Source: Phyllosticta citribraziliensis
Taxonomy: Eukaryota
Length of the DNA stretch: 64,000 nucleotides
NCBI RefSeq assembly: GCF_038025025.1
Contig: NW_027117341.1
Span: forward strand, 496,001-560,000
Reading direction: 5' to 3'
Shown here: positions 46,611 through 59,222 of the stretch, piece after piece
How the letters are laid out: each line of letters starts with the position of its first letter
Numbering within the stretch: position 1 is the first letter of the stretch
The notes under the pieces: model-generated
Told to the model about the DNA's origin: nothing
What the model saw: only the letters and a program-made list of their open reading frames with translations
Database searches by the model: none
Made by a program: the position numbers and the translations under genes

Positions 46611-49600
46611 CTACTCCTCTACTGAATACTCGTCTATGACACTCCTTGGTTTTTGGAACTGGCCAATAGGGGTGTACTCCAAATCGTCCATCCCAAATGC
46701 CTTTGGACCACCCAATTCAACGCCTCTTTTGGTTGATGTCCATCTTTCCGACGCCGTGATGCCAAGGACAATCACTAGCAATCCGTAGCGGTACTCTGGC
46801 GTACCAATAGCCTCGCCATTCTGCGCATCTATAACAGAAATCAAGTCTGGGACAATGGCAAGCGTGTCTCTATCCCCGTCCGGCTTCTCCTTGAACACGG
46901 CAATATTCTCATTCTTGAAAGGAATCACAATTCGGCCGTCATATTCCCTTGGTCCTTCAGATGAGTCGTTGACATCTGCAGCGTCGATGATGACTTCGCC
47001 GTAAATGTGTCCGCGGCGAAGCGTGCGCTCCACGCCGACGATTTTTCCTTTGAAGAGCACCTTGGCCGAACTGCTGCCGCCGACTTCGGCCACGATGGAC
47101 TCGGCGACCGTGTCGATGCTGTTTGACTGCCTTGCAGCGTGAACGGCTCTTCCGATTCTCCAGGATAACGATATGGTGTGCTCGACGGCCCATCGCCGTG
47201 TTTCCGCTAGGACGTGTCAGTCTGTTTCCTCAACTCGACTTAATTTTTCAACGTACCACCAGTCACCGGTCCTTCGGCGCATCCGACGTGCGAGCCAAGT
47301 TCTGACAGGCCGGCGCGGAACACTCTTTCAACTGTTTCGTCGCTTGTAGCTTTGGTCATGAACTGCAACTTGTCAGCATCCGGTTGAGTAGCCTGAGAAG
47401 TATTCTTACCACCACGTTTCCGTTGCCGTCACACATGGTGATTGGACAAAAGACAGTCTTTCTCTCTGCAAAGACGACAGGCGTCGTCTGCCATTTGGTG
47501 GGATAGGCTCGTCCCATCCAATCTTGAGAGTTGTCAGCCCCATCCTCACGTCTCGGAAAGCCACTTACCTCCGTCTACAGTCGGGATATTCATGTTGCTG
47601 CTAGCGCCCAGAATCATTCCCTGAAGACCGTTTCCGCCGCCAATCTCCAGCGCTATCATGTGCGTTGCCGTCTTGTCCTTTGCGAGTCCATAAAGCTCTA
47701 GCTGCGCCTCCATCATCTCGTCACCTTGAAGCTTCTCAATACCGACAGTCGGCGAGCCGGAACCGCCACCGCAGCCAACCTGGTCGTCGTCCTTCAAGTC
47801 GTCAGGGCTGACAACCCTCACGACTGCTCCAGAGCGCAGTATGCTGCGCAGACGCAACATGTGCGAGTAGGGGCTGCCTCCGCCGCCTGTTCCCAGAATG
47901 TAGCAACCGCAGGAGATCCAGGCCAGATCGGTTTCGGACACATACCAAACCCTGTTGACCACCTTGGGGCGGTATGTTGCAATGTCGACCTTGACTTCTT
48001 CTGTAGGCTTGCCTTTACTGGGCGGCTCCTTGAGCATCTTCTCAGGTTCCCTCTCGTACGCCTCTTCATCTACTTGTCCGTCTTCCATCTCCTTGGAGTC
48101 GTACACCCGCGAAAAGTCGTATTCGCCTGCCGCGCGGACAATGAAGCGGCACTTGTTAGCAATGTACGGCAGCGGGAGCGTGTCCATCTCGGCAATCTTG
48201 ACAGTCTCTCGTGCTGCTCCTGCTTCGACCGTTTTTTCGATGGCTTCTTTAGAAACCTCTTCCAGCACCTCTTTGGTCGTCTTTTTGTCGGTTGGTTTGA
48301 CAGTGTCGACAACAGCGCTGACACCGGCCATGGCTGCTCCAATTGCGTTTGCAACGCCAGCATACTTGGGTTTGAGCACTCTGGATGCGCCCTTGAGCGT
48401 GTTTGGCGCTATGACTGCTCCGCCACCGACCAGTAGGACGGCGATATCGTCTGGCGAAGTCTTCATCGTGTCAATGACTTTTTCCAACATCTTCTTGACC
48501 ACCTCTCTGTAAGCGGCCACCTCCTTCTCACCCACCCCCTTGATTTTCGCTCTCTCGCCAATATCGACCGCCTCGTCACTGGCAACGGTGTAATCAGTCG
48601 CCGTCGGCACCGTACCACCAAACACCAGCGCCTCCTCCTGGATCCGATACCCAACACTGTCCGGACCCACCGTGACCTTCGGCGTCCCATGGCCCTCCTC
48701 AATTCTAACAATCGACCCGCCACCCAACCCAATGCTCCTCACATCCGGACACGAAAAGTTCATCCGCACACCGGCAAACTCGCTATACGCGGCCTTTTGT
48801 CGCGGAAACCCATTGGCCAGCAGCAACCCGACGTCGGTCGTCGTGCCGCCCACGTCGACAACCATGCACGGCTCGCGCTTCTTCTTGTCCGTACCATTCT
48901 TCACGCCCGCCAGCTCCTCCCCGACCAGCACCGCCGCGCCGCGCATGCTGTTGGTCGGGCCGGAGCTGAAGGTGCGGATGGGACAGCGCGCCGCCTCGGC
49001 GCCACGCAGCACCGTGCCGTCGTTTTGCGTCACAAAGACTTGCACGCCGCCGCTGCCCAACACGTTGCGTACGGCGGCGTGGAAGCGCGCGATGGTGCGG
49101 CGCGCAAAGGGGAGGATGGACGCGTTGAGGATGGATGCGTTTTCTCGCTCCAGAAAGCCTAGCGCGGCGATGGTCGACGAGAGTGTCAGCGTGGTGGAGG
49201 CGGGAAGTAGCGGACGCAGTATTTCTGCTGCTTCGTGCTCTTGGTGCGGTGAGAGTGGCGAGAAGGTGCCGATAAGCACGACGGAAGGGATCCCAAGGGC
49301 CTTGATGGTTTCGGCTTGCGTGGAGAGCTCTTCGGGCGAGGGGTCGCCGATGGTGCGGCCATCGACTGAGTAGATAAGTTAATTTCAATTTGCTCGAGTT
49401 TTGATTTATGGTGTTGGACTGGAGAGTTTCTCTTCATCTCGCCGTTTTTTTTCGAGCATGAAACAAGTTACTCACCTTCCAGCCCTCCAGATACTTGCGC
49501 ATGGTGTCCGAGGACTAGATCGCGCAGGTCTTCGGGCCAGTCTACACATGGCGGTGCGTGCTTTCCAAAAGGTCCAGACAAGCGGATGACGGCTACTTTG

Positions 49601-50112
49601 GCCAGGCGGCGGGCATCGCGTTCGACGACAGCGTTGACAAAGTGCTAAATTCGGATGTTAGAGCTTGACTGTTCTTGAGGACACACATGAAAGAAATTGC
49701 TGAGTTGTTGCCCTTTCGATTGCTCCAACAAGCAATCGAAAAAATTATGGGGAGATGTGTAGAAGAAATTCTAATGTTGTCCAAGTTGGATCACAAGAGA
49801 AGAGCGGTTTCCAAAAAGATTCACTAACCGTCGTCCCAATCGTCACACTCGCAACCTCGTCAGGATTGACTTTTGACTGCTCAAACATGGTCCGGAGAGC
49901 ATCTTCAATGCCATGACTGGGATCTGCTGTTGTTGGCGCCTTATGCCAGGCAATGATGCCCTTGTCCGGCTCCGAGGCTCGTAGCGGATCGATGACAACT
50001 CCATCAGTGTTGGTTCTAAGAAACAAATCAGATTTTCCCAGTCGACGGAGCATGCGTTCATTACGAACCCGCCGACGTCTATGCCAATGCGCAGTCTCTT
50101 TGCTGCTGCCAT
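46611..50112 (-). CDS. Hydantoinase A/oxoprolinase-family domain fused to DUF917, multi-exon
   Basis: LRIGIDVGGTNTD (spliced), VTIGTTHFVN (spliced), SSGPTNSMRGA, VVDVGGTTTD, SIGLGGGSIV and VANAIGAA. DUF917 motifs CYILGTGGGGSPY, EIGGGNG, MGRAYP, FKNEN and PDLISV. Confidence 0.9.
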
Positions 50113-50231
50113 GGTGTCAATCACGCTGAATAACTACCCGGAGGTCGATGCCGTCGGTGCGCTCGCCAATTTCATATGGACACGGAAGAGTTGGGTTCAA
50201 GGGCTTCAAAAGGATGGGTGGTTCTACACCG

Positions 50232-50841
50232 CGATAGATGGGGAGGACGCAGTGGAGTTCTACGAGCGGGCACGTGGGATGAGGTTATCCGACGGCGATC
50301 GGCTTGTTGCGAGCGAGCCCGGATCCCAGAACAAACACCAAGCCGTGGACATACCGGGGTGTGCCGTCTTCTCCACGTCGTTATCGACCCTCGACTCCGC
50401 GTTCATTCCGCGCTCATGGCGCCCATCTTGTTGCGGGGTCTGTCTAAGCTCGCCGTATGCTAAAGCCTTATTAGGCACTATACTGGGCAACAAAGGCACC
50501 ACCTGACGCCATTAGTACAAACGGACAAGACCGACTGAAAGCGCCGAGACCTTCGAGAAGCGCGTCCATGTATCTAGGAACGACTGCTCTATCAATGGTT
50601 CGAGATATCTGCCCGGACCACCAAGACCTACATCAGTTCCGACCCAAAGCAGATGTTGTGCGTCATGTAGGTACACTGTAGCCGCACTAGAACGGTTCCC
50701 GTTTACCAGAACAAGACGACCCTATCAGCACTCACCCACCCTTGGCAATTGACAGCTTGGGACACGGATGCGATAACGACAAAAAGTCAAATGGCAGCAA
50801 ACGACTCCTGATTTGCACGTTGCCACCCAGGCTGCTTATCA
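50232..50841. promoter_or_regulatory. Divergent promoter with six HGATAR sites and a CGG-N6-CCG Zn2Cys6 site
   Basis: HGATAR on either strand at 50232, 50381, 50589, 50722, 50771 and 50836. ACGG-ACAAGA-CCGA at 50521-50534 is one mismatch from the UaY/Ppr1-type TCGG-N6-CCGA. Confidence 0.5.
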
Positions 50842-50963
50842 CGCCAAAGAGGCCAAAAGTCATGAAAAGCGCCCATGGCCCGGCGCGACGTTGGTTCCCA
50901 GGCCGACCTATTCCAGCCTGCCCCTCCCATTGACGCTAGCTGCTGCCGCTGCTGCTGCCCGCC

Positions 50964-52965
50964 ATGTCGTCACTGCGAGAGCGCGCCGTCGTCTGGAAGG
51001 AAAAAGCACGGTTGCATGGTAAAGAGGAGGACCATGAGGACGCGACCACCTGGAGCAACAGGGATCTGATTCCGCTTCCGCCGCATCGCCGTACCTGGGG
51101 CTGGTTTCACTTCTTTGGATACTGGTAGGGCGTCATTTGTCCAAGCAACCGAGCGCGGTTTGCTGAGCCATCAACAGGTGCATCAGCAGTTTGAACGTAA
51201 CAAATTGGCAGACGCCAAACACGTTTTTGAGTAAGTTCATCGCGCCCGCGGGCTTCCTGTCGCTAACCGCTTCACAGCTTTCGGTCTCTCTGTCGCGCAG
51301 TCTATGCTGGTCATCATCGTCGGCCGAGCTCTCATCTGCTTCTTCGCCATTTTGATTGCTTGGTGCGGTCTTCGCTGGCACATTGGATTCACTGTTCAAA
51401 ACAGATTTACCTGGGGCTTCCGGGGCAGCTACATTGCTCTGCTGCAGCGTATTCTCCTGAATTTCATCTGGTGCTCGGTTCAATGTGAGTCTCTGCTGCA
51501 CTGATTCAGTTTCAAGCTAACTTTCGGCAGGCTGGAATGGCGGTCGACTGGTAGCGTGAGTAGTTTTGAGATACCCGACCGAGCTTGTTCTAACACTGTC
51601 GACAGCGTCTGCATCACCGCGATATGGCCCTCCTTCGCTTCGATGAAGAACACCCTGCCTGCATCTATGCCGACTACGACGTACGAGTTTGTGGGCTTCA
51701 TCGTGTTTTGGTTCCTTTCCACGCCTTTCCTCTTCATCCGACCAGAGAAATTCAAACTCCCGTTCCAGGTATCAGCGATATACTGCGGAGTGGGCATGAT
51801 CTGCATGTGTAGGTTTTATCTCTCGGAAATTTCGGTCAACGCTGACCTTCTAGTGATTTGGTCGCTCTCTCAATCAGGAGGCGTGGGTCCGCTTTGGTCG
51901 CAGGGCAAGACGATTCCGGACGGCTCCGCCTGGAACTCATCCTGGCTCATCATGAAAGGAATCAACCAAATGATTGGTGGCATCGCGGCCGGCATCACCA
52001 ACGGCAGCGATTTCTCTCGCTACTCCAAAAACGCCAGACACTACTGCACAGGAACCATCCTTTCCGCCTGGCTCGTCGGTGTGCTGGTCAGTTTGGTCGG
52101 TCTCGTCGTCACAAGTGCCTGTCAAGTCTTGTACGGCGAGATCTTCTGGAACCCGCCGGACCTGCTGATGCGCATGATGGATTCGGGCCATGGATCATCC
52201 AAAGCGCGCGCCGGCGTCTTCTTCCTCTCAGTCGGCTTCGCGCTGGCCGGCATGTTCGAAAACATCTGCGGCAATTCGGTAGCCGGCGGCATCGACCTGG
52301 CAGGCATGTGGCCCACATACATCGACATCCGACGCGGCTCCTTCATCACCTTCCTTGCCGTGTGGGTCGTGCAGCCGTGGCAGCTCATCAACCGCGCGAC
52401 GACGTTCGTCGCAGTCCTCGACTCGTTTGCCGTCTTCCTCTGCCCAATCATGGGCGTCATGGTTTGCGACTTTTACATTCTGCGCCGCAAGCGCATCAAG
52501 CTCACGCACCTGTACGAGACCAAGAACTCATCTTACTGGTTCTGGAACGGCCTCAACTGGCGCGTCATACCGGCCTGGATAGCCGGGTGGGCACCCACAG
52601 TCGGCGGACTTGCGTACACTGTGCAAGAGAAGACGGACGCGCCCAGGTCGCTGTACAAGCTGTACTACATGGCCTTTTTAGTCGGTACGTCTCGCCCATC
52701 CCCTCAATTTTCTTCCCCGTCGCTAACTTTCACAGGCTTCTTTGTCAGTCTTACGCTCTTCTATATTCTCAACAAACTCTTCCCCTACCACGGATACGGC
52801 GACTACGACGAGACGGACGTCTACGCCACCTTCACGCCCAAGGAGGCCGCGATCATGGGCGTCATTCCGAATGAGGGCCACACTGAAGTGATTGACGGCA
52901 TTGACGAGTCGCCGCCGCCGACGGAGAAGCGGCGGCCGCTGGAGATGGTGACCAAGTTCTTCTGA
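50964..52965 (+). CDS. NCS1 (Fur4/Dal4-like) nucleobase/allantoin permease, multi-exon
   Basis: WSNRDLIPLPPHRRTWGW, WHIGFTVQNRFTWG, NGSDFSRY, FWNPPDLL, AGGIDLAG, YIDIRRG, QPWQL and GLNWR, with many TM helices. Confidence 0.9.
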
Positions 52966-53415
52966 TGATGACGTTGATGCGGAAAGAGGTGGCGTTGCTT
53001 GATTGACGGACTTATGAACGACTACCCCTTTTTGGCTACGCGGTTTGTAGAGCGGTATTGCCGGTGACCGGCCGGCAGGCGTCATTCCTTTGAGTGGATT
53101 TGCGCTAGCAGAGCACTGAATCTGAAATGACAATTGGGTTCATCGAGAAATCGGATCGCGATGAGACTTGACGCCCGCTGAATGCTGAGACGACTTAGAC
53201 GAACAAAGCAAAAATGGGCAAAAGAGAACGGCGAGAATCGAACCGATGCACTGTTTGCCTGGTCGAGTAGATTATCAGGAGCACCTGAAGTAATCCACAA
53301 GATCCAAAGCCACCACTGCACCAAAGGCCCGACCCCCTTGTATCCCCTAAGTTCTCTTGGAATGGTGGCCAAAGTTTTGAAATATATAGTCTGCTACACC
53401 CGCTTCTCATACATT

Positions 53416-53730
53416 GCCAACACCTATTGCGGAATGATCACTCCTTAAATAAGGGCGCCGTTGCGCATGAACGCTCCATCGGCGTAGTTGGGAGGCGAGT
53501 GGCTGCTCCTTAAGCGCGGCTGAGGGATGCCAACACCCGTCGCAGAATAACCGCTCCTTATACGAGGGCGCCGATGCGCGTGAACGCTCCATAGGCATGG
53601 CTGAGGGATGACAACGCCCGTTGTAGTATGAACACTCCTTAGACAAGAACGCGGGTGCGCATGAATGCTCCATGGGCGTAGTTAGGGAGGTGGATGGCTG
53701 CTCCATAGGTGTGGCTCAGGAATGTCAACT
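53416..53730. repeat. Composite minisatellite of 33-bp and 48-bp units, each starting CTCC(A/T)T
   Basis: Units start at 53441 (33), 53474 (32), 53506 (48), 53554 (33), 53587 (48), 53635 (33), 53668 (33) and 53701 (partial), plus a partial unit before 53441. Confidence 0.8.
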
Positions 53731-55925
53731 TCGACACGATCTATGTCACAACTTTCAACTGTCCCTCTTCGCGTCTGACCCAAGGTTACTCGCCCAGTGA
53801 AAAGACAGTGATGGCGCTCCACTGAGCCATTTTGCAAGTCAACGACATTGCTTCTTGATAATGATGTGCCATACTGGCATGATAATGGTCTCAGAATGGA
53901 TAAAGGCTTCAAAACAGACGCAGCACGGCGGAGCGAAAAGTGGACTGCTGAGAAAGATGGGAAGACGACAAACAGTTTCATGGTGCGAAAGAACCTGTCC
54001 GCTGGCCGGATCTTCTGCGCCGTCTTGGAGGATAGATGGTTCGCTGAGAAGATGCGGCGCTTTTATACCTTGAGCGGAAGGTCGGAGCATGTGCAACGGC
54101 GTGACAACGCCCCCATGAGGTTAACGCTCAATACATGTGCGCCGCATGTGTCATAGACCTCGATCTGTATAAAAGCCTCCCTGTTTCCTCACCAACTCTC
54201 TCTCTGCGCCGGAACTTCCACGAAAAGCGGGAGGAGAGACTGATAGGAGGATCACGATTTCTTTTTACTTGGAAGGACAACCGCTTCGCTCGCAACAGAG
54301 CTGGACTTTGTTTCCCTCTTTTTGTGCCTTGCCAAATCAGTGCTTGGAGTGGCGAAGTAGTTCCTGGACGGCACTGGCACGCCGTCTTCCAGCCTCGGTG
54401 CCGCTTAGCATCTTCAGTGGATCATGATGGATTGCATCATCATCGTCGTTTACTGTATTCTGCAGTGGTGCGCGTAGTGCCTTGCGCGCAGCTGTCGCGA
54501 AAAGAGGGAGCAAGAAAAAGCAAAGAGTAAGGAAGGTGTCATCCATTTCCAAGATCCCCAAGCCAAGCCACAGTGGCAGTTTATGCCTTGGTGTCTCTTG
54601 TGGGCGTTGAGGCGGAGGCGACGGCTCTGTGGACGGACTGGTCTAGTGCCTTAGAGCGAGGAGAGTTTTATACCGCAACTCTGAGCACGGTCCGCCAGGA
54701 TGGGTTTCCTCATGACGACGCAGTTCGGTTCTTTTGCTCGTGCCTTTCATGTGTGCCCAACAGACGCAGCTAGAGGGTATAAAATCCTCTTACTCAAGCG
54801 GCAGAAGCTCCACATCATTCTCCAACAGCAGCGTGTGAGGAGTCCTCCGCCGGATGTCAAACACATGGTTGGGACCGCTCATCAAAGGCGAGACACTCGC
54901 ACTGGCTTTGCCTGTCTGCTTTGCTTCGTCATCGAGTGGGTAAAGGGAGAGAGAGGCGCCGGGCACTGATGATCCATCACGAACTGGAGATGCTGCGAAA
55001 GGTCTTCGGTCGTCGTTGACGATTCGCATCGTCATCTCCGCCATCATCATTTTTGTCCAACGCAAAGCAGTCCATCATGACGACTTGCGCACGCACGATG
55101 GGAGTTTAGGGGCAATTCGGATCCACACAGCAGCAGACGAGCAAGTCTGTCATTGCGTTTGCGGCCAACACAAGTCACTGAGTGGAGTGTGCTTGCTCAA
55201 GTTGCTGGCGCCGGTTGGAAAACTGCTCTATGCCAGTCTTCTCTTGCAAGCTTAGAGGAGGGGCGGGTTTTATACCACACAACTGAGCCTGGGCCTGGAC
55301 ACATGCCGCAGAAGGTTGTCTTGTGACGGGTGCGAGGATCAAGGGCATGTGCTCGATAGATGGATTTTGGCGCATATAAAATTCGAGACCTCGCTCTCGA
55401 ATTAATCACATCGTCTACAGCAACGGCGCCGGCAAGATTGGAGCGGCAACGAAGTAACGCACTTTGGTGGAGTCGCTCGCTCCCACCAAAAGTCTGTTCT
55501 TCCATTACTTCAGACTTTCTTGGGGGGAGAGGAGGAGAGGCCGAGTGGACTAAAGCAATAGCAGTGACTGCAATGATGTAGCTTCAGTGGTGACGAAAAG
55601 CACTGCTGTATGTTGTTGGAGGCCAGCAGCAACTGCCGGTAGACTGACTACATCAGCAAATCATGTACACTTATGAGACAAGGATCCATGAACAGGAAAG
55701 ACGACCAGAAATAAATACCAGATACACGAAATGCGTATTTTTGCCCCGCTCTTCTCCATCTGCTCTCCCTCGCAAGCCAAAGATGCTGGTGACGTTTCCT
55801 GAGCAAGCACGACTGTAGTAGATGGCTATGTAGGTAACGAGCTTTTTTCTCCTCCCGCCAGTCCCATCGCAATCCCCTTTGCACCATCACTCGACCTCCT
55901 TACCCACACCGAGGCTCGTGGCTGC

Positions 55926-58900
55926 TTAAGGAATGTCGAGCAGCGGCTTGAGCTTCTTGATAAGCGCCCACTCGTCCATCGTGACGTCCGAGCGGTAAAA
56001 CTCCTTGAGCGTATCAATGCTCTTGCGCGAAATGTGCGAGTAGAGGATATCCTTCTCCTCGAGATGGCGGCCGTACAGGGGCTGGTTGGCGCCCTCAATC
56101 TTGACAGCCACTGACGGCTGGCCCTTTTTGCAGATGGGGATCTGCTTGTGGTCGCGCTCAATCGACGCCACACGGCCCAGCTCGATGATGACCTTTTGCT
56201 TGGTGTTGGGGTCCTCCTTGATGGCGCAGATGGGCGTGAGGACGCGGAGTGCGCCTTCGATAACGTCGACACCGAGGACGATGGGCTCGCGCTTGTTGAA
56301 GACGGCGACCGGGCGCAGAACGCAGGGGAAGACGGCCGACATTTTCGATTCCTCCTTGCGCTGCTCTTCCAGCTCCTTCATGTGCGCGACAAAGTTGTCA
56401 AACAGGTGGTAGATGATGTCGGCTTCGAAAATCTTGATGCCGTTTTGGTCGGCGTACTCGCGCGCCTCCTTGTCGACGCGAACGTCGAAGCAAAGCATGA
56501 CTGCGTACTCCTTGGCCTTTTCGAGCATCACACCGCACTGCATCACGTCACGCTTGAAGACGGGTCCGATGGAGATGTTGGCGACGGGAATCTTGCTCTG
56601 CTTGAGGAACTCGAGCAGCGCTTCGAGCGAACCCAGCGTCGATGCTTGCACGCTGACACCGCGGCCAGTCCTGGAAATACGCGACAGCAGGTTTTCGAGA
56701 TCACCCATGACCTGGACGTAGTTAGCAATGGCTCAGTATGAGTGTAGGAGTAGGCTCACCTCTTCTTCCAGATCCTCCTCGTCGTCATCGGGTCCGACGA
56801 CCATAAGACGGGAGCCGGCAATGGCGTTCTCGAGACCATCGGCAGAAATCTTGACACCCATGGCGGCCTTGATTTCCTTGTTGTGCACATACTGCGACTT
56901 GACACGCAATTCCTTCATCTCCGCGGGGGTCAACAGCGCACGGATATTGGTGCATATGGCACCTTGGGTACCGCAGAGTACTATCCTGTCACCCTCGTGC
57001 AAAACACCGTTGGACAGAATGACGTCAATAGTGGTACCAAGACCCTCGACAACCTTGACTTCCAGAACAGTGGCCTCGACCTCGGAAAGGTACATCAGGC
57101 TGTTGGTCATGCGCTCCTGGGTCAACGAGGTGATGAGCTTCAGCATGTCGGGAATACCCTCACCCGTGTGCGCCGACGTGGGCACGAGCGAGACGTATTT
57201 GGCCATGGACTTGTTCTCGTAGAAGAGCTCCGAGTTGAACCCATGCTCAGCAAAGGCGACCTTGGTCTTCTCGAGGCGGTCCCTGAACTCGTTCTGGACA
57301 GCCTTGCCCTGGAAGGAAAGCGACTCTCTGAAGCCGTTGTTGTCAATCTTCTTCCAGCCGTAAAGACGGTCAATCTTGTTGAGGGCAACAACGAAAGGCG
57401 TCTTCTTATCGCGCAGCAGCCTGATCGACTCAATCGTTTGCGGCTCGAGACCGTGCATAATGTCAACCACGAGAATGGCAATGTTGCAAAGCGAAGAACC
57501 ACGGGAACGGAGGTTGGTGAAAGACTCGTGACCAGGCGTGTCAATGACGAGCAGACCAGGAATCTTGAATTCAAACTTCCCGTCCTTGTTGACGACCGCG
57601 GTCTTCTTCTTGATGGCGTCGACGGGGAAGTAGGTGGCACCAATCTGCTGGGTGATACCTCCGGCTTCGCCCTCCTGAACGTTGGTCTGGCGAATCTTGT
57701 CGAGCAGCTTCGTCTTTCCGGTATCGACGTGACCGAGAATACAGCAAATGGGAGAGCGGAGGTCCTCCTTGGAACGAGCAGCCAGGGCGGCTTCGTGCTG
57801 CAGCTTCCGGCGCTCCGCAGCCTTTGCCTTGCGCTCGGCCTCTGCTTTTTGCGTGGCAGTCTGTTCCTCCTCTGACTCCGATTCCGATTCAGACTCGGAT
57901 TCGGATTCCGAGTCGGACTCGGCCTTGCCGTTTGCTTGAGCAGCCTTGCCGTTGGTAGCAGACTTTGGCTTCTCTTCCTCATCATCACTCTCTGCATCCC
58001 AGCTGTCCTTGACGGGCTCATTGGCGACGCCATCCTCCTTGTCTGCAAGCGCTTCCCAATCTTCGAGATCATCGTCGTCCTCTTGCTTCTTGGCCTCGGC
58101 GTCCTTGCGAGCTTTCTCAGCCTCGGCAGCCGCCTTCTTTTCTTGTTCCTCAGCCAGCTTGAGCTCCTCAAGCTTCTTGCGAGCCTCCTCCTCCTCCTTG
58201 GCCTTGGTATCCTCGACGGGGGGTGTTTGAGGAGCCTTCTTGTTGCTCTTTTTTTTCTTGTCATAGACGGGTTTCTTCTTGGCGTCCTTGTCTTCGAGAC
58301 CTGCAACCTTGGCCTGGCCATGCTCCAGAAGCTGCTTCATGCGAAGCTGCTCGCGCGCCTGAGCCTCCTTTTGAGCCTTGGTCATGTACTTGCCCTCACG
58401 CTTGAGCTGCTCAATCTTTTCCTTTTCCTTTTGCTTTTTCTGAGCCCTGGCCTCGGCCCTCTTCTGCTCCTCTTCAGCTTCCAAGCGGGCCTCCTCCTCG
58501 GCGCGAGCCTTTTCCTCAGCCTCGAGACGGGCAAGCTCCTCCTCACGACGCTTGCGCTCTTCCTGTTGCTTCTGAAGGGCGAGCAGCGCGGGACTGAGCT
58601 TCTTCTTCTTGCCGCCCTTTTCAGGCTCGGGGGCGAGAGCAGCCTCTTCCTTCTTCTCCTCAACCTTTGCGGTTTCAGGCTTAGCATCAGCAGGGGCCGC
58701 AGTCTTCTTCTTGGCAGCCTGTTCCTTTTTACGCTGCTTCTCACGTTCCTTCTTCTCCTTTTCCTTTTCCTTCTTAGACTTGAGCTTGCCGCCGGCGCCC
58801 TCCTCATCCGAGTCTTGCGCAGCGGCCTGCTTCTGTTGTTGCGCCTTGCCGCCTTTGCCCTTTTTGACTGGCTGCGCAAACTCGTCATCGTCAAAGGTCG

Positions 58901-59222
58901 CCTCTTGCGGGGCCTTTTCGCTCAGGTCCACGGCTTCTTGCTGGGGCGTAGCGGCGCCGCTGGCATCGGCGGACGCGTCCTCGCCTTCGACAAAGTCGTT
59001 TTGTTGAATTTTGCCCTTCTTGGCACGCTTGCCCTTGTTCTTGCGGAGGGCAGCCATCAGGCCACCGGGGCCGCTTGCCTCTTCTCCTTCCTCAGCAGCA
59101 TCCTGATCGGCGTCTTCCTTTTTCGCGGCCTCGGTCGCCGCAGCTATCGGGTCGATGGTTTCGCCGAGCTCTGCTTCCCAGTCGTCCTGGACCTTCTTGT
59201 TGCCCTTCTTCTTAGGCGGCAT
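55926..59222 (-). CDS. FUN12: Eukaryotic translation initiation factor 5B (IF2 homologue), 2 exons
   Basis: Charged N-terminus. G-domain [36 protein letters not shown] and [15 protein letters not shown]. One intron near 56713-56759. Confidence 0.97.

Noticed and set aside
53441..53730. CRISPR-like or ankyrin-repeat interpretation of the 33/48-bp units
   Set aside because: The constant part is only ~6 bp, the 'spacers' are homologous to each other, there are no cas genes and the context is eukaryotic. + strand LDK/GAD-like words resemble ankyrin tails, but the 11/16-aa periods do not give 33-aa repeats.
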